Of a stretch of 64,000 bases of DNA, positions 25,041 to 37,700 are shown one piece after another. Position 1 is the first letter of the stretch. Each line of letters opens with the position of its first letter. The notes under the pieces are model-generated. The model was not told where the DNA came from, did not search any database, and was given only the letters and a program-made list of their open reading frames with translations. This stretch comes from Eledone cirrhosa. Taxonomy: Eukaryota. Where the stretch lies: NCBI GenBank assembly GCA_964016885.1, contig OZ024741.1, positions 35,340,001 through 35,404,000 of the forward strand, given 5' to 3'. A program made the translations under genes and the position numbers.

Positions 25041-26419
25041 GGGATTCAAGAGTTTTTATCCATCATCAGTGACTAATACTCTTTCAGTACTGAGATTATA
25101 TCCTTCTTGAGTATAAAACATTAGTTGGAATAGTTCATTTGTATATAGTGTTTGGTGTTGTCAAACAGCTACTGAGACAGCTATGACATGATCGCAGTTT
25201 AAAACAGTCATAACAAGACTTATATATGTTTATTATACATATTGTATATGCTTTCGTATAGAACTGTATTGTTAATAACGTTATGGTATATTTGAACCAC
25301 ACAAAAATCAGGATGGAGCAAACAAAATAAGACTAGAAAGAAGAAGAGACATAGAGAAGAAGAACAAATAGTCATTGGGGAGGTTACAGACTGTGTGACA
25401 AAAGAGCTTTGATGAACTAACCAATAACGAATAACTAATAATAATAATAATAAATCTGTGTTTTTATTGGCAAAATTGGCAATATGACCATTCCCAAACA
25501 TAACGATACATACAATTTCCACATACAATTTAACATCAACAATCTTGCAAAACAAACATTTTTCCAAATTTCCCTGTATGATTTATCTTTTTTTCCTTTA
25601 GCCATTCGGGTACAATGCCTGTTATTCCAAAGTGTTTCTCCAACTTGTTGTGTAGAGTTTTTCTGGTCAACATTGTCAAATGTCAAAGACAAATCCAGTA
25701 ACACAAGTAGACATATTTCTTAAATGACCATTTACCAGTAAAATATCATAAGATACACATACCAATGTTGTCTCTGTGATGTGATACTCCTTCTATTTAG
25801 ACTGAAACACTTTATAGAGATTGTTCAACTTCATAAATATGACTTGTTGAGAAACTACAACATAACACCATAGTTTTGAAATTAAATGACAGATTAGATA
25901 GAGGTCTGAAATTCTTGAATACCAGGTTTGATGTTAATGACTTTAATAATAATGGATTTCTATACATAACTCACCCTTTTAATAGCTCTTGTTTGTTGTG
26001 CTGTTAGGGTTCCACATGTTTTATGGTGAGGAGGGCCTCACCAGACCATAAAACACATTGTATTGGGTTACATGGAACATTCTATCCCAACTGTGTGTTA
26101 AATAGTGTCACCAACCCACTATTGGCCAAGCATTGTGAGTACGGTTACACCTCTGACATGACCAAAACCAAACAGAAAGTGGTAGAGGTAAACCAGGGAG
26201 AAGTTCCTTCAACAGGAATGAGAGGGCCTTGGATTGGAATTACTAGAGCAAATTGTAATATGTGAGAGACACGGTATCCTGCGAACAGTTGATAATGATG
26301 GTGGAGCTAGTTCATCAATAGACTACTTAACTATGAGTGTTGGTATCAGATTTAATTCACATGAGATGGATGGTCATAGTTGGATGGTCTATTTGACTTC
26401 ATCTACAATAGACAATATG

Positions 26420-26710
26420 CCCCCACACCCTCCCACTGTAAAGTGGTCGTGGAGGTGCCACGGCAAAAAAGCACCCAGCCTACACTGTAAAGTGGACGTG
26501 TAGCCACCACGGAAAAAAAGCACCCAGCACTCACTGTAAATGAGGTCGGTGTTAGGAAGAGCATCCAGCTGTAGAAATCAAGCCAGAATCAGTTCCCGTA
26601 TGAGCAAGACAAGGTCAGCCGACTGGACACTGCCCACAACAGGACAACCCGTCTAACCCATGCTAGCGTGGAAGAACGGACGTAAAACAATGATAATGAT
26701 GATGATGATG
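26420..26710 (+). mobile_element. SINE 3' part with RTE-like tail and (GAT)n end
   Basis: GGTGTTAGGAAGAGCATCCAGCTGTAGAAA...AACCCATGCTAGCGTGGAAGAACGGACGTAAAA(C)AATGATAATGATGATG; internal ~50-bp tandem duplication. Confidence 0.7.
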
Positions 26711-26971
26711 AGACTTTGACAAAATGACTCAGTATCTCTTTAAATATTGGTGTTTCGATGTTTGTTTTTGCTGTTTTTGCTGTTGTTAATTTAACTGAAG
26801 CTAGACTTTTACAGATAATTTTGATTTTATTAAAATATTCTGAGAGAAACTCTACAAGTTGTTTTGGGTCATTACCTGGTAGGAGGGGAGACATCTCACT
26901 TCGATGCATGAGTTCATCAATGGCTTTATACAGAACTCTTTGGACACCTGATTTTTCATTTATCTTAGAAT

Positions 26972-27158
26972 GATTGAATCTACTTTTGGCACAAGGCCAG
27001 CAATTATCGCAGTACATTACTGGTACTTTATTTTATCGACCTCGTAAGGATGAAAGGCAAAGTTAACCTCAGTGGAATTTGAACTCAGATCATAAAGGGA
27101 GGTAACTCTATGCTTCAAAGCATGGTGTCCGATCCTCTACCGATACTGCCAATCCACT
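26972..27158 (-). mobile_element. SINE of the same family as 17872-18048, inserted in the CR1-like LINE
   Basis: Directly alignable to 17872-18048. Confidence 0.78.
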
Positions 27159-27925
27159 TATCTTATTAGAATGATACTGACTTTTTATCTCTAATATCTT
27201 GTTCCCTGTTCTATTTTCATCCTTGAACACATCTCTGCCAACTGTTATTTTTGTTCTCCTACATTATTGCTTTTCAAATAGTCTTTGACTTTTCCTTTCC
27301 TTTAATACAGAGGTTCTCAAACTTTCTGCCACCCACTCCTCACAGCCACATAAAACCCACAGAGCCCCGACCCCTATTTCCAGAGAGACTTGCCTATATG
27401 CAAATCGTAAATAATATATAATAAATAAAATCGTTAATTTATATATAATAAATGATATAATATATACAATGTGTAAATCAATATTATATACTTTTTATTT
27501 TACTGTATTTATATATAATATGTATCATTTGGTATATACTATTATATCATCTCTATCTCCACCCTCACTGCCCCCATAGGCCCCAGCACCTCCCTGGACC
27601 TTCACTGAGCCAATGTAGTTTCTTTATCAGATACATTGACCTTGCATTTATCAGTTCTTTTCTTATCCAATATTTCCATTATATTATTTTTACATTCATC
27701 AATATCACAGTTACCCGAGTCAGTATTCCAGGTGATATTTTCTATGTCATTTCTAAAGATATCTATGTTAATAGTTTTTAACTTACAGTAATGTATCATT
27801 TTCTTCTGCAGTTTCAGTTTTTTAATACACATGATAGTAATTTGATTCAACATAGTCCTGAATCTGTAAACAGTCTATGAATGGTCAGTCATAATTACAG
27901 ACATGTGTAGTGTTTGATTGTTTAA

Positions 27926-28147
27926 CCCTTTAGCATTTATATTACTCTATATTTACTATTGTATTTTTGTGGGAAAGGTTTTACCTCACATAATTATCTC
28001 ACATAATATCAAATCTATGAGATTTTGATATTATTTATTTTGAGAATAATACCTTAATATCAGTATGAGTGGCTGGTTACAGCCAGTTTGAACAGAAAAA
28101 GGTGAGAGGGTTCTGGCCGGATATGGATGGATTTAAATGTTAAAGGG
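27926..28147. mobile_element. piggyBac-type MITE
   Basis: TTAA-CCCTTTAGCATTTA...TAAATGTTAAAGGG-TTAA; 13/14 inverted match with TTAA target-site duplication. Confidence 0.82.
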
Positions 28148-28796
28148 TTAAAAAACATTGGTGTTAACTGATTGTTTACTTTCACGTGTAAACAAGATTT
28201 ATTCAAATATTGAACATATATAAGCAAATAAAAACAATACTCACTACAGAAAGTAGAGTTACATTGAATATTCAAGGGTCTTTGTGGTTATGAAAACAGA
28301 AAGGAAGGGAAAGACAAGGGCTTAAGTGTCACAAAAGAATGTATCTTTACTCACTGAAATTATGATCTTTACTCACTGAAATTATTAATGTGTATGTTCA
28401 TTAATCCATTACTTATAGTTCAGTGATACTAAGAAATTATTCAGGCACTTTGTATTTGGATTTAATGGCATATCTACATAGAAGTTGAAATATTTCACGA
28501 TAACAAGCAAGCCTGATGACAATGTGTAGTGGGATGGCAGATTGACAAATACTTCAACAAATATTTTAGTCATCAGTTTATTATATTTTGAAAGTGATAG
28601 ATAGTAAATGAACACAATTTCATGTTAATTTTGAAGTTGCCGAGAGAGTAACCAACACAAATCACTTAGTTTTGTGTATATTTGGTTTCAAATAAGTTGT
28701 TTCTAATAAACAATTACTAGTCCAACTCCTGGTCTGTCACTTTCACATGGTCTATGATTTATCTTGTATCCATTTGGTATCAGTTCTTTACTCTTT

Positions 28797-31700
28797 AATG
28801 TCACCTGTTCTATACCAGGACCCTGTTGTAACCATAATATTAAAGCTAGCCAGGGCTTTATTATTATTACCAGAATATCAATGTCAACTGTTCTAAGACA
28901 GGACTCTGTTATGACCAGACTATCAATGTCAACTGTTCTAAGACACGACTCTGTTATGACCAGACTATCAATGTCAACTGTTCGAAGACACGACTCTGTT
29001 ATGACCAGACTATCAATATCAACTGTTCTATGACAGGACTCTGTTATGACCAGACTATCAATGTCAACTGTTCTATGACACGACTCTGTTATGACCATAG
29101 TATCAATGTCAACTGTTCTATGACACGACTCTATTATGACCATAGTATCAATGTCAACTGTTCTAAGACATGACTCTGTTATGACCAGACTATCAATGTC
29201 AACTGTTCTATGACACGAATCTGTTATGACCATAGTATCAATATCAACTGTTCTAAGACACGACTCTGTTATAACCATAGTATCAATGTCAACTGTTCTA
29301 TGACACAACTCTGTTATGACCATAGTATCAATGTCAACTGTTCTATGACACGACTCTGTTATGACCATAGTATCAATGTCAACTGTTCTATGACACGACT
29401 CTATTATGACCATAGTAGCAATCTCATCTGTTCTAAGACACAACTCTGTTATGACCATAGTATCAATGTCAACTGTTCTAAGACACAACTCTGTTATGAC
29501 CATAGTATCAATGTCAACTGTTCTAAGACACGACTCTGTTATGACCAGACTATCAATGTCAATTGTTCTATGACACAACCCTGTTATGACCAGACTATCA
29601 ATGTCAACTGTTCTATGACACAACCCTGTTATGACCAGACTATCAATGTCATCTGTTCTATGACAAGCCTCTGTTATAACCATAGAATCAATGTCATCTG
29701 TTCTATGACAGGACTCTGTTATGACCATAGTATCAATGTCATCTGTTCTAATACACGACTCTGTTATGACAAGACTATCAATGTGATCTGTTCTAAGAGA
29801 CGACTCTGTTATGACCAGACTATCAATGTCATCTGTTCTATGACAAGCCTCTGTTATAACCATAGAATCAATGTCAACTGTTCTATGACAGGACTCTGTT
29901 ATGACCATAGTATCAATGTCATCTGTTCTAAGACACGACTCTGTTATGACCAGACTATCAATGTGATCTGTTCTAAGACACGACTCTGTTCTATGACACA
30001 ACCCTGTTATGACCAGAGTATCAATGTTGACTATTCTAAGACATGACTCTTTTATAACCATAGTATCAATGTCAACTGTTCTAACACAAGACTCTGTTAT
30101 GAACAGAGTATCAATGTCATCTGTTCTATGACAGGACTCTGTTATGACCAGACTATCAATGTCATCTGTTCTATGACAGGACTCTGTTATGACCAGACTA
30201 TCAATGTCATCTGTTCTATGACAGGACTCTGATATCACCGTAGTATCAATGTCAAATTTTCTAAGTCACGACTTTGTTATGACCATAGTATTAATGTCAA
30301 CTGATCTAAGACACGACTCTATCATGACCATAGCATCAATGTCAACTGGTCTAAGACACGAGTCTGTTATGACCTTAGTATCAATGCCATCTTTTCTATG
30401 ACAGGACTCTGTTATGACCATAGTATCAATGTCAACTGTTCTATGACAGGACTCTGTTATAAACATAGTATCAATGTCATCTGTTCTAAGACATGACTCG
30501 TTATGACCATAGTATCAATGTCATCTGTTCTAAGACACAACTCTATTATGACCATAGATTCAATGTCATCTGTTCTAAGACATGACTCTGTTAGGACCAG
30601 ACTCTCATTGTCATCTGTTCTAAGACGCGACTCTGTTATGACCATAGTATCAATGTCAACTGTTCTAAGACACGACTCTGTTAAGAATATAGTATCAATG
30701 TCAACTGTTCTAAGACACGACTCTGTTATGAACATAGTATCAATGTCATCTGTTCTAAGATGCGACTCTGTTATGACCATAGTATCAATGTCAACTGTTC
30801 TAAGACACGACTCTATCATGACCATAGCATCAATGTCAACTGGTCTAAGACACGAGTCTGTTATGACCTTAGTATCAATGCCATCTTTTCTATGACAGGA
30901 CTCTGTTATGACCATAGTATCAATGTCAACTGTTCTATGACAGGACTCTGTTATAAACATAGTATCAATGTCATCTGTTCTAAGACATGACTCGTTATGA
31001 CCATAGTATCAATGTCATCTGTTCTAAGACACAACTCTATTATGACCATAGATTCAATGTCATCTGTTCTAAGACATGACTCTGTTATGACCAGACTCTC
31101 ATTGTCATCTGTTCTAAGACGCGACTCTGTTATGACCATAGTATCAATGTCAACTGTTCTAAGACACGACTCTGTTAAGAATATAGTATCAATGTCAACT
31201 GTTCTAAGACACAACTCTGTTATGAACATAGTATCAATGTCATCTGTTCTAAGATGCGACTCTGTTATGACCATAGTATCAATGTCAACTGTTCTAAGAC
31301 ACGACTCTGTTAAGAATATAGTATCAATGTCAACTGTTCTAAGAAACGACTCTGTTATGAACATAGTATCAATGTCAACTGTTCTAAGACAAGACTCTGT
31401 TATGACCATAATATCAATGTCATCTGTTCCATGACAGGACTCTGTTATGACCATAATATCAATGTCATCTGCTCTAAGACAGGACCCTATTATAACCAAA
31501 GTATGAATATCATCTGTTCTAAGACATGACACTGTTAGGACCAATCGCTCAATGTCATATGTTTTAAGACACGACTCGGTTATGACCATAGTTTCAGTCA
31601 AGTGTTCTAAGACATGAATCTGTTATGACCATAGTATCAATGTCAACTGTTCTAAGACACAACTCTGTTATAACCATAGTATCAATGTCAACTGTTCTAA

Positions 31701-34700
31701 GACACGACTCTGTTATGACCAGACTATCAATGTTAATTGTTCTATGACACAACCCTGTTATGACCAGACTATCAATGTCATCTGTTCTATGACACAACCC
31801 TGTTATGACCATAGTATCAATGTCATCTGTTCTATGACAAGCCTCTGTTATAAGCATAGAATCAATGTCAACTGTTCTATGACAGGACTCTGTTATGAGC
31901 ATAGTATCAATGTCATCTGTTCTAAGACACGACTCTGTTATGACCAGACTATCAATGTGATCTCTTCTAAGACACGACTCTGTTCTATGACACAACCCTG
32001 TTATGACCAGACTATCAATGTCAACTGTTCTATGACATAACCCTGTTATGACCAGACTATCAATGTCATCTGTTCTATGACAAGCCTCTGTTATAACCAT
32101 AGAATCAATGTCAACTGTTCTATGACACAACCCTGTTATGACCAGACTATCAATGTCATCTGTTCTAAGACACAACCCTGTTATGACCATAGTATCAATG
32201 TCATCTGTTCTATGAAACGACTCTGTTATGACCAGAGTATCAATGTTGACTATTCTAAGACATGAGTCTTTTATGACTATAGTATCAATGTCAACTGTTC
32301 TAAGACAAGACTCTGTTATGAACAGAGTATCAATGTCATCTGTTCTATGACAAGACTCTGTTATGACCAGACTATCAATGTCATCTGTTCTATGACAGGA
32401 CTCTGATATCACTGTAGTATCAATGTCAAATTTTCTAAGTCACGACTTTGTTATGACCATAGTATTAATGTCAACTGCTCTAAGACACGACTCTGTCATG
32501 ACCATAGAATCAATGTCAACTGGTCTAAGACACGAGTCTGTTATGACCTTAGTATCAATGCCATCTTTTCTATAACAGGACTCTGTTATGACCATAGTAT
32601 CAATGTCAACTGTTCTATGACAGGATTCTGTTATAAACATAGTATCACTGTCATCTGTTCTAAGACATGACTCGTTATGACCATAGTATCAATGTCATCT
32701 GTTCTAAGACACAACTCTGTTATGACCATAGATTCAATGTCATCTGTTCTAAGACATGACTCTGTTATGACCAGACTCTCATTGTCATCTGTTCTAAGAC
32801 GCGACTCTGTTATGACCATAGTATCAATGTCAACTGTTCTAAGACAAGACTCTGTTATGAACATAGTATCAATGTCAACTGTTCTAAGACAAGACTCTGT
32901 TATGACCATAATATCAATGTCATCTGTTCTATGACAGGACTCTGTTATGACCATAATATCAATGTCATCTGCTCTAAGACAGGACCCTATTATGACCAAA
33001 GTATGAATATCATCTGTTCTAAGATATGACACTGTTATGACCAATCGCTCAATGTCATCTGTTTTAAGACACGACTCGGTTATGACCATAGTTTCAGTCA
33101 AGTGTTCTAAGACATGAATCTGTTATGACCATAGTATCAATGTCAACTGTTCTAAGACACGACTCTGTTATGACCAGACTATCAATGTCAATTGTTCTAT
33201 GACACAACCCTGTTATGACCAGACTATCAATGTCATCTGTTCTATGACACAACCCTGTTATGACCAGACTATCAATGTCATCTGTTCTATGACAAGCCTC
33301 TGTTATAACCATAGAATCAATGTCAACTGTTCTATGACAGGACTCTGTTATGAGCATAGTATCAATGTCATCTGTTCTAAGACACGACTCTGTTATGACC
33401 AGACTATCAATGTGATCTGTTCTAACACACAAATCTGTTCTATGACACAACCCTGTTATGACCAGCCTATCAATGTCAACTGTTCGATGACATAACCCTG
33501 TTATGACCAGACTATCAATGTCATCTGTTCTATGACAAGCCTCTGTTATAACCATAGAATCAATGTCAACTGTTCTATGACAGGACTCTGTTATGAACAG
33601 AGTATCAATGTCATCTGTTCTATGACAGGACTCTGTTATGACCAGACTATCAATGTCATCTGTTCTATGACAGGACTCTGATATCACCGTAGTATCAATG
33701 TCAACTTTTCTAAGTCACGACTTTGTTATGACCAAAGTATGAATATCATCTGTTCTAAGACATGACACTGTTATGACCAATCGCTCAATGTCATCTGTTT
33801 TAAGACACGACTTGGTTATGACCATAGTTTCAGTCAAGAGTTCTAAGACATGAATCTGTTATGACCATAGTATCAATGTCAATTGTTCTAAGACACGACT
33901 CTGTTATGACCATAACATGAATGAAAACTGTTCTAATACATGACTCTGTTATGAACATAGTATCAATGTCAACTGTTCTAAGACACGACTCTGTTATGAC
34001 CATAGTATCAATGTCAACTGTTCTATGACAGGACTCTGTCTTGACCATAGTATCAATGTCATCTGTTCTAAGACACGATTCTGTTATGAGCATAGTATCA
34101 ATGTCATCTGTTCTAAGACACCATTCTGTTATGAGCATAGTATCAATGTCATCTGTTCTAAGACACGACTCTGTTATGACCATAATATCAATGACAACTG
34201 TTCTGAGACATGACTCTGTTATGACCATAGTATCAATGTCAACTGTTTTCAGGCATGACTCTGTTATGACCATAGTATCAATGTCAACTGTTCTAAGACA
34301 CGACTCTGTTATGACCATAGTATCAACGTCAATTGTTCTACAACACAATTCTGTTATGACCATAATATCAATCAACTGTTCTAAGACACGGCTCTGTTAT
34401 TATCATAGTATCAAAATCATATGTTCTATGACAAGGTTCTGATATGACCATAGTATCAATGTCAACTCTTGTAAGACACGGCTCTGTTATGACAATAGTA
34501 TCAATGTCATCTGTTCTAAGACACGACTCTGTTATGACCAGACTATCAATGTGATCTGTTCTAAGACACGACTCTGTTATGACTAGACTATCAATGTTGA
34601 CTATTCTAAGACATGACTCTGTTATGACCATAGTATCTATGTTAACTGTTCTAAGACAAGACTCTGTTATGACCAGAGTATCAATGTCATCTGTTCTATG

Positions 34701-37700
34701 ACTGGATTCTGTTACGACCATAGTATCAATGTCAACTGTTCTAAGACACGACTCTGTTAAGAATATAGTATCAATGTCAACTGTTCTAAGACAAGACTCT
34801 GTTATGAACATAGTATCAATGTCAACTGTTCTAAGACAAGACTCTGTTATGACCATAATATCAATGTCATCTGTTCTATGACAAGACTCTGTTATGACCA
34901 TAATATCAATGTCATCTGCTCTAAGACAGGACCCTATTATGACCAAAGTATGAATATCATCTCTTCTAAGACATGACACTGTTATAACCAATCGCTCAAT
35001 GTCATCTGTTTTAAGACACGACTCGGTTATGACCATAGTTTCAGTCAAGTGTTCTAAGACATGAATCTTTTATGACCATAGTATCAATGTCAACTGTTCT
35101 AAGACACGACTCTGTTATGACCAGACTATCAATGTCAATTGTTCTATGACACAACCCTGTTATGACCAGACTATCAATGTCATCTGTTCTATGACACAAC
35201 CCTGTTATGACCAGACTATCAATGTCATCTGTTCTATGACAAGCCTCTGTTATAACCATAGAATCAATGTCAACTGTTCTATGACAGGACTCTGTTATGA
35301 GCATAGTATCAATGTCATCTGTTCTAAGACACGACTCTGTTATGACCAGACTATCAATGTGATCTGTTCTAAGACACGACTCTGTTCTATGACACAACCC
35401 TGTTATGACCAGCCTATCAATGTCAACTGTTCTATGACATAACCCTGTTATGACCAGACTATCAATGTCATCTGTTCTATGACAAGCCTCTGTTATAACC
35501 ATAGAATCAATGTCAACTGTTCTATGACACAACCCTGTTATGACCAGACTATCAATGTCATCTGTTCTAAGACACGACCCTGTTATAACCATAGTATCAA
35601 TGTCATCTGTTCTATGACACGACTCTGTTATGACCAGAGTATCAATGTTGACTATTCTAAGACATGACTCTTTTATGACCATAGTATCAATGTCAACTGT
35701 TCTAAGACAAGACTCTGTCATGAACAGAGTATCAATGTCATCTGTTCTATAACAGGACTCTGTTATGACCAGACTATCAATGTCATCTGTTCTATGACAG
35801 GACTCTGATATCACCGTAGTATCAATGTCAACTTTTCTAAGTCACGACTTTGTTGTGACCATAGTATTAATGTCAACTGATCTAAGACACGACTCTGTCA
35901 TGACCATAGCATCAATGTCAACTGGTCTAAGACACGAGTCTGTTATGACCATAGTATCAATGCCATCTTTTCTATGACAGGACTCTGTTATGACCATAGT
36001 ATCAATGTCAACTGTTCTATGACAGGACTCTGTTATAAACATAGTATCAATGTCATCTGTTCTAAGACATGACTAGTTATGACCATAGTATCAATGTCAT
36101 CTGTTCTAAGACACCACTCTGTTATGACCATAGATTCAATGTCATCTGTTCTAAGACATGACTCTGTTATGACCAGACTCTCATTGTCATCTGTTCTAAG
36201 ACGCGACTCTGTTATGACCATAGTATCAATGTCAACTGTTCTAAGACACGACTCTGTTAAGAATATAGTATCAATGTCAACTGTTCTAAGACAAGACTCT
36301 GTTATGAACATAGTATCAATGTCAACTGTTCTAAGACAAGACTCTGTTATGACCATAATATCAATGTCATCTGTTCTATGACAGGACTCTGTTATGACCA
36401 TAATATCAATGTCATCTGCTCTAAGACAGGACCCTATTATGACCAAAGTATGAATATCATCTCTTCTAAGACATGACACTGTTATAACCAATCGCTCAAT
36501 GTCATCTGTTTTAAGACACGACTCGGTTATGACCATAGTTTCAGTCAAGTGTTCTAAGACATGAATCTTTTATGACCATAGTATCAATGTCAACTGTTCT
36601 AAGACACGACTCTGTTATGACCAGACTATCAATGTCAATTGTTCTATGACACAACCCTGTTATGACCAGACTATCAATGTCATCTGTTCTATGACACAAC
36701 CCTGTTATGACCAGACTATCAATGTCATCTGTTCTATGACAAGCCTCTGTTATAACCATAGAATCAATGTCAACTGTTCTATGACAGGACTCTGTTATGA
36801 GCATAGTATCAATGTTATCTGTTCTAAGACACGACTCTGTTATGACCAGACTATCAATGTGATCTGTTCTAAGACACGACTCTGTTCTATGACACAACCC
36901 TGTTATGACCAGCCTATCAATGTCAACTGTTCTATGACATAACCCTGTTATGACCAGACTATCAATGTCATCTGTTCTATGACAAGCCTCTGTTGTAACC
37001 ATATAATCAATGTCAACTGTTCTAAGACACAACCCTGTTATGACCAGACTATCAATGTCATCTGTTCTATGACACGACTCTGTTATGACCAGAGTATCAA
37101 TGTTGACTATTCTAAGACATGACTCTTTTATGACCATAGTATCAATGTCAACTGTTCTAAGACAAGACTCTGTCATGAACAGAGTATCAATGTCATCTGT
37201 TCTATGACAGGACTCTGTTATGACCAGACTATCAATGTCATCTGTTCTATGACAGGACTCTGATATCACCGTAGTATCAATGTCAACTTTTCTAAGTCAC
37301 GACTTTGTTGTGACCATAGTATTAATGTCAACTGATCTAAGACACGACTCTGTCATGACCATAGCATCAATGTCAACTGGTCTAAGACACGAGTCTGTTA
37401 TGACCATAGTATCAATGCCATCTTTTCTATGACAGGACTCTGTTATGACCATAGTATCAATGTCAACTGTTCTATGACAGGACTCTGTTATAAACATAGT
37501 ATCAATGTCATCTGTTCTAAGACATGACTCGTTATGACCATAGTATCAATGTCATCTGTTCTAAGACACCACTCTGTTATGACCATAGATTCAATGTCAT
37601 CTGTTCTAAGACATGACTCTGTTATGACCAGACTCTCATTGTCATCTGTTCTAAGACGCGACTCTGTTATGACCATAGTATCAATGTCAACTGTTCTAAG

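Larger units (their letters stand above)
25450..28850 (-). mobile_element. Old, fragmented CR1/L2-group LINE ORF2 (endonuclease, linker, part of RT) with nested insertions
   Basis: Collinear remnants: ELIPNGYKINHRP..GVGLVIVY; IY..SKYNKL..FVEVF..SSGLLVIVKYFNFYVD (GDFN motif); YCKLKTINIDIFRNDI; QRVLYKAIDELMH..QLVEFLSEYF; LLDLSLTFDNVDQ. Confidence 0.75.

Noticed and set aside
23151-25049. VC/HT/ER-rich ORFs (also 18624-19044 and 5031-5315)
   Set aside because: Translations of dinucleotide microsatellites.
27308-27607. hAT-like MITE starting CAGAGGTTCTCAAAC (and a similar start at 4968)
   Set aside because: No convincing second terminal repeat or target-site duplication found.
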